This document shows, piece by piece, positions 14,335 to 25,824 of a DNA stretch of 64,000 nucleotides. The notes beneath the pieces are model-generated. The model was not told the origin of the DNA. It made no database searches and saw only the letters and a list, made by a program, of their open reading frames with translations. Position numbers and translations under genes: made by a program. Every line of letters starts with the position of its first letter. Within the stretch, counting starts at the first letter, position 1. The DNA comes from Octopus sinensis. Its lineage: Eukaryota. The stretch covers positions 67,642,001 to 67,706,000 of the forward strand of contig NC_043002.1 of NCBI RefSeq assembly GCF_006345805.1. Reading direction: 5' to 3'.

Positions 14335-14817
14335 ATAACTTGGTATAAAAGATGGGCTACAGCAAATATTCTGCTCAATACCACAAATTTGCTTGTCAGT
14401 TGTTTGACCTTAATCAGTTGAGCATGTCCCTTAGTGGCAGACGATATGTGCATCTCTGATCATGAACAGAAGTAGTCGGGGAGCATCATAGCCATGTGTT
14501 GAGAGGGATTCTTTGGGGTTTGAATAATTCACCTTTGGAAACATGTTAACAACAAACAAGATGAGGACAAATATCTGTCAAATGTAAATAATGTAAATAA
14601 TGTTCATGTTTTCCTTATCCCTTAAATATAAAACCTATTAAGTATTGTTTCATCAAAACACCATGATTCGATATAAAAAGGTGTTGCTTCTGCTGCACCC
14701 AGTATATTCAGGGTAAACGTTTTTGCTGAATTAGAACATGTAATATTGACCTTAAGGTTTTGTTTTGTTTTTTTGTGGGTTGGGAGGAAAGTGTGTCTTA
14801 TATGCCATCAAATAGAG
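14005..14817. mobile_element. Related Tigger-like element enlarged by nested insertions
   Basis: CTATATTTGATGGCATA...TATGCCATCAAATAGAG termini. Confidence 0.45.
14209..14603 (+). mobile_element. Deleted or composite copy of the same tRNA-headed element
   Basis: Head nearly identical to 17647-17715; the terminal aacaacaaacaagatgaggacaaatatc...aatgtaaataatgt is shared; middle replaced by sequence homologous to 22935-23129(-). Confidence 0.75.
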
Positions 14818-14999
14818 CAAATATTTAAAATCAAAATAAATACTTTTTATTTTATGGTATTCTGAATATATAGTGGGAACATTATATATTAATGGGTTAA
14901 TGTGGAGTAGTGAGGGGGCTGATGATCATGGTTAACCCATTTTAGATGAAATTAAGTGCATCATCAAGTGTTAGCTCAATTGAACATTGAAGATGTATG

Positions 15000-15263
15000 C
15001 GTGTATGCATGTATGTATGTCTGCCTGCTTGTATGTATATCTGCCTGCTTGTATGTATGTATGTATGTAGGTAGGTAGGTATGTCTGTCTGTCTGTCTGT
15101 CTGTATGTATGTATATATGTATGTCTGCCTGCTTGTACATATGTATGTATGTGTGTATGTATGTATGCCTGCTTATATGTATGTATGTGTGTATGTATGT
15201 ATGTATGTATGTGTGTATGTATGTATGTATGTATGTATGTATGTATGTGTGTATGTATGTATG

Positions 15264-15297
<34 letters not shown>

Positions 15298-15330
15298 TGT
15301 ATGTCAGCCTGCTTGTATGTATGTTTGTTT
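15000..15330. repeat. (TATG)n tetranucleotide tract
   Basis: Others at 3525-3615, 9470-9590, 27860-27905; (TG)n at 4228-4306 and 5356-5493; many (TA)n and (AAT)n. Confidence 0.95.
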
Positions 15331-16254
15331 GTATATCATTAAATACCCTATTTTATTTTATATACAAATGTTTTGATAATGTTCCTCAACTAGACTCAGG
15401 GAAACATTAGTAGCCAAGTAATTATTGTAATTGCTTACAAACATTCACCTTCCACATACATATCTCCCTCATTCTTCTTCTTCTCTCTTTCTCTCTCTAC
15501 TTCTCTCTTCCTCATATCACTTCCTTCTTTCATATCCTGTTCTTCCTTTCTCATGTCCTGTTTTATCTCTTTTTCTCTCTTCTTCATATCATACTCCCTC
15601 CTTCATACCCCATTCTCCTTCTCACATGTCCTGTTCTTCTTCTCTCACTCTCTTGCATCTCCTACTCTCTCTCTATCTCTCTCTCTTGCTCTGTAATTCT
15701 CTGAAGTTTACTACTAAAACAAGATCTGCTCTTTATTGAGCCTTACTGGGCAAAAACATCTGACCACTCTCTTGTCCCCACCCATCACAAGTAAGACCAG
15801 CTGTTGTTACTCTACTGGACTATCCCAACCCACCAGTCTTCTGTAAACTCCTCCTTTCCTCCTTCATGCCAAACCTGTACTGGATTCATGAGCAAAGACC
15901 TCAAAGACATTCTCCTATGGAACTATGCTAATATTATCTCCTTCAACAAGACATAATCCCTACTCACTGAATTACTGCACCCACAACCAGGATAGATATC
16001 TGAAAACAATGATCACCCAGTTGATTCAAATGCAGTTACTCATCAGTATCACACTCCAGTCACTAACCTATAGGCATAAGAGTGGCTGTGTGGTAAGTAG
16101 CTTGCTTACCAACCACATGGTTCCAGGTTCAGTCCCACTGTGTGGAACCTTGGGCAAGTGTCTTCTACAAAAGCCTCGGGCCAACCAAAGCCTTGTGAGT
16201 GGATTTGGTAGACGGAAACTGAAAGAAGCCCGTCATATATATGTATATATATAT

Positions 16255-16297
<43 letters not shown>

Positions 16298-17279
16298 GTG
16301 TGTGTATATGTTTGTGTGTCTGTGTTTGTCGCCCCCACCCAACATCACTTGACAACTGATGCTGGCGTGTTTACGTCCCCGTAACTTAGCGATTCAGCAA
16401 AAGAGTCTGATAGAATAAGTACTAGGCTTACAAAGAATAAGTCTTGGGGTCGATTTGCTCGACTAAAGGCCGTGCTCCAGCATGGCCACCGTCAAATGAC
16501 TGAAACAAGTAAAAGAGTAAAAGAGATAAAGGATTCATCATCGTCATCATCATCATCATCATCATCATCAATTGATGTCTGCTTTCCATGCAGGCATGGG
16601 TTGGACGGTTCGACAGGAGTTGGCAAGCCAAAGGGCTGCACCAGGCTCCAATTGTCTGTTTTGGCATGGTTTTCATGGCTAGATGCCCTTCCTAACACCA
16701 TCCACTTTACAGTGTGCATTGGATGCTTTTTACATGGCACCAGCAATGGCAGGGTCGCCAGGTAACTTGCAAGACAAAAATCCTTTGAGAGGGGAGGGGG
16801 AATTGGAGGAGGTGGTCTTGTGCCAGATGACGAAAGGTTAGTGTGTGACAGAGAGACAGACCAGGTGTCTTGCTGTAGAAGAGATACATGGTTACTCAGT
16901 CAGAGAGAGAGAGAGAGAGAAACAGGTGTGGTGTGTTGCTGTATAGGAGATACATCATAGCTACCTAGTCAGAGGGAGAGAGAGCAAAAGAGAGAGGAGG
17001 AGAGAATGAAAGAGAGGAAGACAGAACAAGAGAGAGATGGTGACGAAATGTTATATTTTGATAAGATATAGTATTAGTTTTTCAGGAAATGGGGGTATGA
17101 TGATTTCATCTGGAGGAAGGAACTGTGTGTGCCATGTCATTTGGTGAGAGTCAATGTTGATCATTATTTAAGTCAATAAGATTAATGTGTATAAAATAAG
17201 CAATGTGGAAAAAGCCGCCACCTAAACTGTAATACACACTGAAAGAAGCAAAGAATAGAAACACCTGCGACATTCCAAA

Positions 17280-17560
17280 TAAGTCCATCTTTCCTGCTCC
17301 AGCTGTTACAAGCCACAGGGCCTACAGATATATAATAACATGCAAAGCTGCATCAGACATGATGAGCCGCTGAATGATGCAGTGAAGCAGTATAGATCTG
17401 AGTGTGGTAGCTAAACAGTTCACCATCAGGTAATTCTATGTTTCAGATCTGCTTGAGAAGGGTTGCACAGAAGGCATAACAACAACAGGATTTGGATGCA
17501 GTGCTAAGCAGGACAAAGCTAAATACTATAATGCATTTAATCTGGCATTCTTAGTCTTAC
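17280..17560 (+). mobile_element. Highly decayed LINE RT-like fragment
   Basis: LLQLLQATG.P / YNNMQSCIRHDEPLND loosely resembles RTE RT across frameshifts. Confidence 0.35.
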
Positions 17561-17601
17561 TAAGGTAGTGAGCTAGCAGAATCATTAGCACATCAGACGA
17601 A

Positions 17602-17831
17602 GACAGTTCTATATTTGAGAGATGAGGAATTATGCCCACAGGCATATGGTGTAGTGATTAAGAGCGCGGGCTACTAACCACAAGATTTCGAGTTCGATTC
17701 CAGGCAGTGACCTGAATAATAATAATAATAATAATAGTCAAGACGAAGAGTGCAATTCAATTGTATGGTTTCGATTGAATCGTGCTCTTCGTCTTGACTG
17801 TCTACCTTTGTGAAGAGATACAAAAGATAAA

Positions 17832-17876
<45 letters not shown>

Positions 17877-18028
17877 TATTGAAAAATATCTCAGGAATGA
17901 GAACCCAAGTTTGAAATTTCCCTAAGACACCTGATGAAGGCTGGGGGGATATATCAGCCAAAACATTATGTTGACAACAAACAAGATGAGGACAAATATC
18001 TGCCAAATGTAAATGATGTAAATAATGT
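17602..18028 (+). mobile_element. Non-autonomous element: tRNA-like head, (AAT)n, hairpin, (AAT)n, hammerhead-like tail
   Basis: 12-bp TSD ACATCAGACGAA (17590-17601, 18029-18040) interrupting a family A SINE head; A-box 17647-17657, B-box 17690-17701. Confidence 0.8.
17926..17972 (+). ncRNA. Degenerate minimal type I hammerhead ribozyme motif
   Basis: GACAC-CTGATGA-A-GGCTG..CAGCC-(A)AAA-C-(A)TT-(A)TGTT; core CUGAUGA and stem II intact, GAAA and GUH carry G>A changes. Confidence 0.65.
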
Positions 18029-20993
18029 ACATCAGACGAAAATATTTAGTGACATGTCTTCCAGCTCTTCAGCTTCTGAGTTCAAATCTTGTTGAGGTCA
18101 AGTTCGCATTTCATTCTTTTGGGGACTGACAAAAATAAAGTATCAGTTGAGTGCTGCAGTTGATATAATCAACTAACTCTCTTCTCCTAGAATTGTTAAC
18201 CTTGTGTCAAAAGAAAAACTAAATTGAAACAACTTTCAGTTATACTTATCAATCTTATGACTGCCTTAGCTGTCCATATTTTTAATTTTTTTTTTTTTGT
18301 ATTTTATATTTAAAATAAAATAAAACAGGCACAGGAGTGGCTGTGTGGTAAGTAGCTTGCTTACCAGCCACATGGTTCTGGGTTCAGTCCCACTGCGTGG
18401 TACCTTGGGCAAGTGTCTTCTACTATAGTCTTGGGCTGATTAAAGCCTTGTGAGTGGATTTCGTAGACAGAAACTGAAAGAAGCACATCATATATATGTG
18501 TGTGTATGTGTATTTCTGTGTCTGTGTTTGTCCCCTCACATCACTTGACAACCGATGCTGGTCTGTTTACATCCCTGTAACTAAGCGGTCTAGCAAAAAG
18601 AGACCAATAGTATAAGTACTAGGCTTACAAATAATATGTCCTGGCATCAGTTTGTTTGACTAAAAAGCTGTGCTCCAGCATGTCTGCAGTCAAATAACTG
18701 AAACAAGTAGAAGAATAAAAATAAAGAATAAATTTAAAGTATTTTGTGAGAATAGTTGATGCCACTCTCGTGTTATGAGTCAATTGAACTAAGAGCAAAA
18801 CTTTTTTTTTTTTTGGCTGAAATATGAAGAAAAGTAAGTGGCATCAATCACATAATGCAAATACTGAAATGATTCATCATCATCATTGTCATTGTTTAAC
18901 ATCCGCTCTCCATGCTGGCATGGATTGGACAGCTCGACTAGGGCCTGGGAAGCCAGAAGGCTGCACCAGGCTCCAATCTTATCTGGCAAAGTTTCTACAG
19001 CTAGATGCCCTTCCTAACACCAACCACTCTGAGAGTGTAGTGAGTGCTTTTTACGTGCCATTGGCACAAGAGCTAGTCAGGCGGTACTGGCATCAACCAC
19101 GCTTGAATAGTGCATTTTATGTGCCACCAGCACAAGGGCCAGTCAGAGTACTGGCATCAGCTATGTTTGAATGGTGCATTTTACGTACCACTAGCACAGG
19201 TTAGGGTTAGGGTTAGGCTTTCAGTTACATTATGATCTCATTAGCGAAACATATAACTGTACTGGCTGAAGTAGTGATGGGAATAAAACTAAGTAAACGT
19301 ACAAGAATGTTTTCTGGTTGGTGTACAATGCACATAAGTACACCGTAATATTTCATTTATGTATTTGGTTTGCAAGGTTCTTTGTGTGAATTTGTATGTT
19401 GAAACATATTTTACTGTCTCTAGGGAGAGTCATTGTCATTTACTGCCTTATTATTTAACACACTCACAAGTGAGTGTGTTTAATAAGGCACTAAAAGAGA
19501 ATGACTCTTCCCCAGACACAATAAAAATTACCTTAATAGTTTTGACAAAACAAAGGTGAGACTATTTATAGGGCTGAAGACAGATACTTTTCTTTGGCCA
19601 AGCCCTAATCAACTTTTTTGAGCTTCACTTGAAAAGGTAAAGTGAGGGTGGAGAGGGAATTGCTTCTTCCCAGCAACTTTGTTAAAAGGTAGGTGAATGC
19701 TGCAAGAATGGTCCAAGTAAATGAGCCTACTCTTAGCATGCACCTATAAATTGAAGGACAATGTGAAGAGGGCACTTGCCCTTAGTGGTCAGAGCGGCTG
19801 TGGTTTTTGTGGGGTCTCCATGAGCAGCCCTAAGAAGTCTCCCTCTTTTGGGGAATTAGTTTTTCTTTTATTGTTTTACTAGTTTCAGTCATTTGACGGC
19901 AGCCATGTTGGAGAACCGCCTTTAGTCAAACAAATCAAGCCCAGGACTTGTTCTTTGTAAGCGTAGTACTTATTCTATCGGGGTCTTTTGACAAACTGCT
20001 AAGTTACGGGGACATAAACACACCAACATTGGTTGTCAAGCGATAGTGAGGGGACAAACACGGACACACAAATATATATAGATATGATGGGCTTTTTTCA
20101 GTTTCTGTCTACCAAATCCACTCACAAGGCTTTGGTCAGCCTGAGGCTATAACAGAAGTCACTTGCCCAAGTTACCATACGGTGGGGCTGAACCCAGAAC
20201 CATGTGGCTGGGAAGCAAGCTTCTTACCACACAGCTACGCCTGTGTGGTAAGCCATTGCTATAACTTTGTATTGTTAGTTTTTTTATATGCCTTTTATGC
20301 AACCCCACATTGTATTGCCCTGTACAGCTCCTAATGTGTTTGAGAGCACTTAGTGGTTAATAAAGAAAACATCATCATCATCATCTTTATAAGAAGGTCC
20401 TTGAAGTCAAGAACATTGACTCTAAATATAAAATAATCATGCAGATCATGATGAAGGCAAAATTAAAGGATTGTCAAATTCCTCAATATCAAATTAACTG
20501 TACAACATGAGTTTATAGCTTATCATCAGAACAATGGCAATTAACTAACTATTCAGAGCAACAAACATTTGAGTAATCGTTCATTAGATCAAGTTATAAT
20601 TATCTTAATAGCATTTCTATGACTAACAAAACAAATTTCCTTTGATTAAAAATAATATAAAACACTCCTGACCATGTAGCTTCACATTCAGTCTTGCTGC
20701 ATGTCATCTTTGGTAAACCAAGGCCATGTGAGTGGATTTAGTGAACAAGAAACTGAAAAGAAGCCCATCAAGTGTGAATGTGTGAGTGTCTGCATATTTA
20801 CTGACATTTGTGGTTGCTTATCCCAAAATCACCATGTCCAGGTGATGGCACTTCTCTTATCATCACCATCATCATCATCACCATCATCATCATCACCACC
20901 CCCATCATCATCATCACCATCACCATCGTCATCATCATTACCATCATCATCACCATCATCATTACCATCACCATCATCACCACCACCACCACC

Positions 20994-21027
<34 letters not shown>

Positions 21028-21029
21028 TC

Positions 21030-21061
<32 letters not shown>

Positions 21062-21912
21062 TATTATTATTATTATTATCATCATCACCATTTTTTAACT
21101 TCCACTTTTCCATGCCCATATGGGTCAGATAGAATTTGTTGAGACATGTTTTTAGCAGCTGGATGCCCTCCTCAGCTGTTTCCACTTAAGGTAATATTTT
21201 CCTGATGCCCAGACATGTCTTCATGGAGGTTTGGTAATGAAGAACACTACTAGTATGTTGGTGATATTTTTTTTGCTATCATGCAATTTAAAAGTAAGGA
21301 GACAGTTACACACACACACACTTTCTTTGAACCAGGTTCACTCAAAAGATTTGGTTGGCCTGGGGGTACAGTGGAAAATACTTGCCAAAGGTGTCATGCA
21401 GTGGGACTGAACCAGGAACCCTGTTTGGAAAACAAACTTCTTACTGCAGAGCCATCAGTCAATAACACTAAATAATGATGGTGGTGATGATGATGATGAT
21501 GATGATGATGACAATAAGATTCTACCATTAATGACAACTAATTGTCTGATTTCAGTCTGTAATCACTTTGGACTATATACAGTTTTTGTTGTTTATTTTT
21601 ACACTATATCTACATGCAGTTACCATTATACTTCTTCTAAATGATGTGCCTGAATTGCTTATGAGTTTTCATTCATGTTCTCTGCCTTGAAATTTGGTCG
21701 TCCCTTTACTTTGCTTAATCTCTGAATTCCTTTCAAGTTTATCTCTAAATTCCTTTCATTCTCAGCAGATCCTATCAAACAACCACAAATTTGTAAAGCT
21801 TTCCTTTTCTTCATTGGTCTCGTTTTTTTTTTAACTAATGTCATATTAACTTCTTACAATCAGCATGCAGTTAATGTTTTGAAAAGAACTACAGCTCTTT
21901 CATTTTTTTATG

Positions 21913-22473
21913 TACGTGCCGGTGACACGTAAAAGCACCATCCGCTCGTGTTCGTTGCCAGCCTCGGCTGGCCCCCGTGCTGGTGACACGTAAAAGCACC
22001 GTCCGTTCGTGGCCGTTTGCCAGCTCTGTCTGGCCCTGTGTCGGTGGCACGTAAAAGCACCATCCGTTCGTGTTCGTTGCCAGCCTCGGCTGGCCCCGTG
22101 CCGGTGACACGTAAAAGCACCATCCGTTCGTGGCCGTTTGCCAGCTCTGTCTGGCCCCGTGTCGGTGGCACGTAAAAGTACCATCCGCTCGTGTTCGTTG
22201 CCAGCCTCGGCTGGCCCCATGCCGGTGACACGTAAAAGCACCATCCGTTCGTGGCCGTTGTGCCAGCTCTGTCTGGCACCTGTGCAGGTGGCACGTAAAA
22301 AGCACCCACTACACTCGCGGAGTGGTTGGCGTTAGGAAGGGCATCCAGCCGTAGAAACACTGCCAAATCTGACTGGGCCTGATGAAGCCTTCCGGCTTCA
22401 CAGACCCCAGTTAAACCGTCCAACCCATGCTAGCATGGAAAACGGACGCTAAATGATGATGATGATGATGATG
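21913..22473 (+). mobile_element. RTE 3'-UTR-derived element (family C) with expanded internal repeat
   Basis: GGCGTTAGGAAGGGCATCCAGCCGTAGAAA...CATGGAAAACGGACGCTAAATGATGATG. Other copies at about 12270-12560(-), 16570-16745(-), 18890-19200(-), 24290-24515(-), 40215-40520(-), 45480-45690(-), 47660-47930(-), 49030-49205(-), 49234-49420(+) and 50040-50285(-). Confidence 0.85.
21916..22281 (+). repeat. Higher-order minisatellite, (A+B about 121 bp) x3
   Basis: Unit starts 21916, 21977, 22038, 22098, 22159, 22219, 22282; two alternating 60-61 bp variants. Confidence 0.92.
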
Positions 22474-23772
22474 TTTATGTTCTGAGTTCAAATTCCACTA
22501 TGGTCAAATTTGCCTTTCATTCTTCCAAGGTCAGTGAAATAAATACCAGTAGAGCATTGGATTGTTGTGATGTAATTGACTAGCTTCCACCCAACAAAAT
22601 TTCAGTCTTTGTGCCAATAGGAGAAAGAATTGTTGTTGTTGTTGTTATTACTATTATTATTATTATTAAGAGAGCAGTGCATGCCATCAAAGTGACACTG
22701 GGGTAAAATATACGAAACCCAGTATACCCATCATGACTACCCATCTGATAAGGGTACACCAGGCACATGCATCACAACCATATGTGCGCGACATGGTGAT
22801 TTCATACCAAGATAAACAGCGCATGACCTTGCAGGTGGGGGCCCAGTTAGAATTTTCTTCTCGTCAAGTAGCCCATCCTGCTCAAAAGGTCCCTGAATAA
22901 GGAAGGATTGTTTAAGGATGTTGAACGAACCACCCATGTTTCCAAAGGTGAATTATCCAAACTTTGTAAGAATTCCTTTAACACATGGCTATGATGCTTC
23001 CCCACTACTTCTGCTTGGGATCAAAGATGCACATATCATCAGCCACTAAGGGGCATGGTCAACTGGTTATGGTCAAACAACTGACAAGCAAATCTGTGGT
23101 ATTGAGCAGAATATTTGCTGTAGCCCATCATATTATTATTATTATCATCATCATCATTATTATTTTATAGAATCAATCTATAAAGCTTAAAACAAAAATC
23201 TGAACAAATTTTTCAAAAAAATTAAAGCATAAATAAGCTAAGTAGAAGGAAAGATTTCGTTTAAATCCAGCATATGGCATATATTTTACATATATTAAAA
23301 ATCATTACATATTATTACATATATTATGTACATAAATAAAATTTATTATTGACTGTATTGTCACAGCTGAAATGTCATTTCTTATATCTCCTTTTGAAGG
23401 CAGTTATTGAAATATATGAAAAATTTTAAGAGGTAAGAAATAACTGTGTCTATTTAAAAATTATAAAATTAATGGAAAATTATCGTGATTCTCATTCAGT
23501 TAATTAATCTACAACTTTGTGCTTTATCTCCCAAGCAACAATAATAATAATCCTTTCTACTATAGGCACAAGGCCTAAAATGTTAGGGAAGAGGGTGCTA
23601 GCTAATTACATCGGCTCTGGTGCCTGACTGGCATATAATTTTATTGACCCCGGAAGGATGAAAAGCAAAGTTGATCTTGGCAGAATTTGAAGTAAGAACA
23701 GAAAGAGAGATGAAATGCCGCTAAGCATTTTGTCCAGCATCCAAATGGTTCTGTTAATTCACTGTCATCATC

Positions 23773-23813
<41 letters not shown>

Positions 23814-24119
23814 CCTTTCTGCTAAAGGCACAAGGTCTGAAATTTGGGGAGAAGGGACTAGTTGATTACATCAACCCAAGTACTATACTGGTGTTTAATT
23901 TATCGACTCTGAAAGGATGAGAGGCAAAGTCGACCTCAGCAGAAATTGAACTCGCAACGTTGAGATGGATGAAATGCCGCTAAACATTTTAGTCGGTTTC
24001 CTAACAATTCTGCCAGCTTGCCGTCTTAATAATAATAATAATATTAATAAAAAATAAGAAGAAGGAGGAGGAGGAGGAGGAGGAGAAGAACAGCAGCAGC
24101 AGCAGCAACAACAACAACA

Positions 24120-24260
24120 TGGAAAATACCTCAGGAATGAGAACCCAGGTTTGAAATTTCCCCAAGACACTGGATGAAGTGTTGAGGGTATATCAGCCAA
24201 AACGTTGTGTTAACAACAAACAAGATGAGGACAAATATCCATCAAATGTAAATAATGTAG
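24120..24260 (+). mobile_element. Second copy of the hammerhead-bearing tail
   Basis: Aligns to 17880-18028; retains C-GTT-GTGTT but core is TGGATGA. Confidence 0.75.
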
Positions 24261-25622
24261 AAAAATCTTCATATACATCATCATCATCATCATCGTTTAA
24301 CGTCCGTTCTCCATGCTAGCATGGGTTGGACGGTTCGACCGGGGATCTGGGAAGCCAGAAGGCTGCAACAGGCTCCGGTCTTATCTGGCAATGTTTCTAC
24401 ATCTGGATGCCCTTCCTAACACCAACCACTCTGTGAGTGTAGTGGGTGCTTTTTACGTACCACCTGCACTGGTGCCAGGTGAGGTTGGCATCGGCCACGG
24501 TCAGATTGGTGCAAAATAACTTAGGCAACATATACTACACAAAATTAAGGCCCAGTCAAATAACACAATTCACATTACATGCACTACACACAACAGAATA
24601 CACATTAATATAATAAAAAAAGCATAAAATAAAACCTGTAACAAAACAAACTGGTGCAGTAAAGCAACAGCAGGGTGGGGTGGAGGGGTCTATGATCCTT
24701 TAATCCCCACAAAAATAACACAACTGCCACACACAGAAACATGGAGGTGCACCAGATGATATGGCAGGAATTCACTGAAATTTGGGGGAGGTTGGGGCAG
24801 TCGATTACATCAACCCCAGTACTCAACTGGTACTTAAATTATCAACTCTGGAAGGATGAAAGGCAAAGTCAGCTTCAGCAGGATTTGAACTCAAAACATA
24901 GCAGCAGACAAAATACCACAAAGCATTTTGACTGGCACGCTAACAATTCTGCCAGCTCGCAACCTTAACAACAACAACAATAATAATCCTTTCTACTGTA
25001 GGCATGAGGCCTGAAACTTTTTGGTGGGAGGGAGATAGTCGATTACATTGACCCCAGTGCTCAACTGGTACTCATTTTATTGACCCCAAAAGGATGAAAG
25101 GCAAAGTCGATCTTGGCGGAATTTGAACTCAGAACGTAGCAGCAGACGAAATACTGCTAAGCATTTCGCCTGGTGTGCTAATGATTCTGCTAGTTCAACA
25201 CCTCAATAATAATGATAATGATAATAATAATAACAATAATAATAATAATAATAATAATAAGTGCACTCAGAGAGCGTAAACCTCCACCAAGGCAACACCA
25301 ACATCCTCTCAATGATTAGTCAGAGATGATTTTTAAAATGAGAATATCTGAAATAAACTCAACTTCTCTCACAAATGAGAATACTAAAAAATGAACCCAA
25401 CTGCTTTTAAAAATTAAGTAAAAACACAGGAAAAATAATCCACAATCCTTGTCTAGTACCGGATCGATTCCCAAAATCTAATCAGCTTATGCTAATCACA
25501 AGGCCAAACATCCCTGAATGTTTCGTCCAAATCCATCAAGTGGTTCTTGAAATATCTTGTCCATGGACAAACAAATAAACAAACACAACTGAAAACAATA
25601 CTGCCACCTTCACTAAGGCGGA

Positions 25623-25663
<41 letters not shown>

Positions 25664-25771
25664 AAGTTTCTTTTTCCTTTCTTGAAATTTTACTTACATT
25701 TCAATGATCCACAAAAATTAAAAAAACCCAGAATAGTATTCCAGCTGTGACAGTTTGGTCAATATCTTCAT

Positions 25772-25824
<53 letters not shown>

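Noticed and set aside
17448-17565. Open plus-strand exon-like stretch DLLEKGCTEGITTTG...
   Set aside because: The surrounding frames resemble decayed LINE RT, and the donor is part of a SINE head.
21659-21844. 61-aa Lys-rich minus ORF in unique DNA
   Set aside because: No recognisable homology or convincing splice sites; it is explained by A-rich composition.
22378-22400. CTGATGAAGCC..GGCTTCA as a hammerhead (also about 49320)
   Set aside because: No GAAA or stem III follows; it is a subfamily variant of the RTE 3' UTR.
21889-22423. Three overlapping 114-171 aa ORFs; repeat array superficially CRISPR-like
   Set aside because: They are products of a stop-free minisatellite; there are no unique spacers or cas genes, and the context is eukaryotic.
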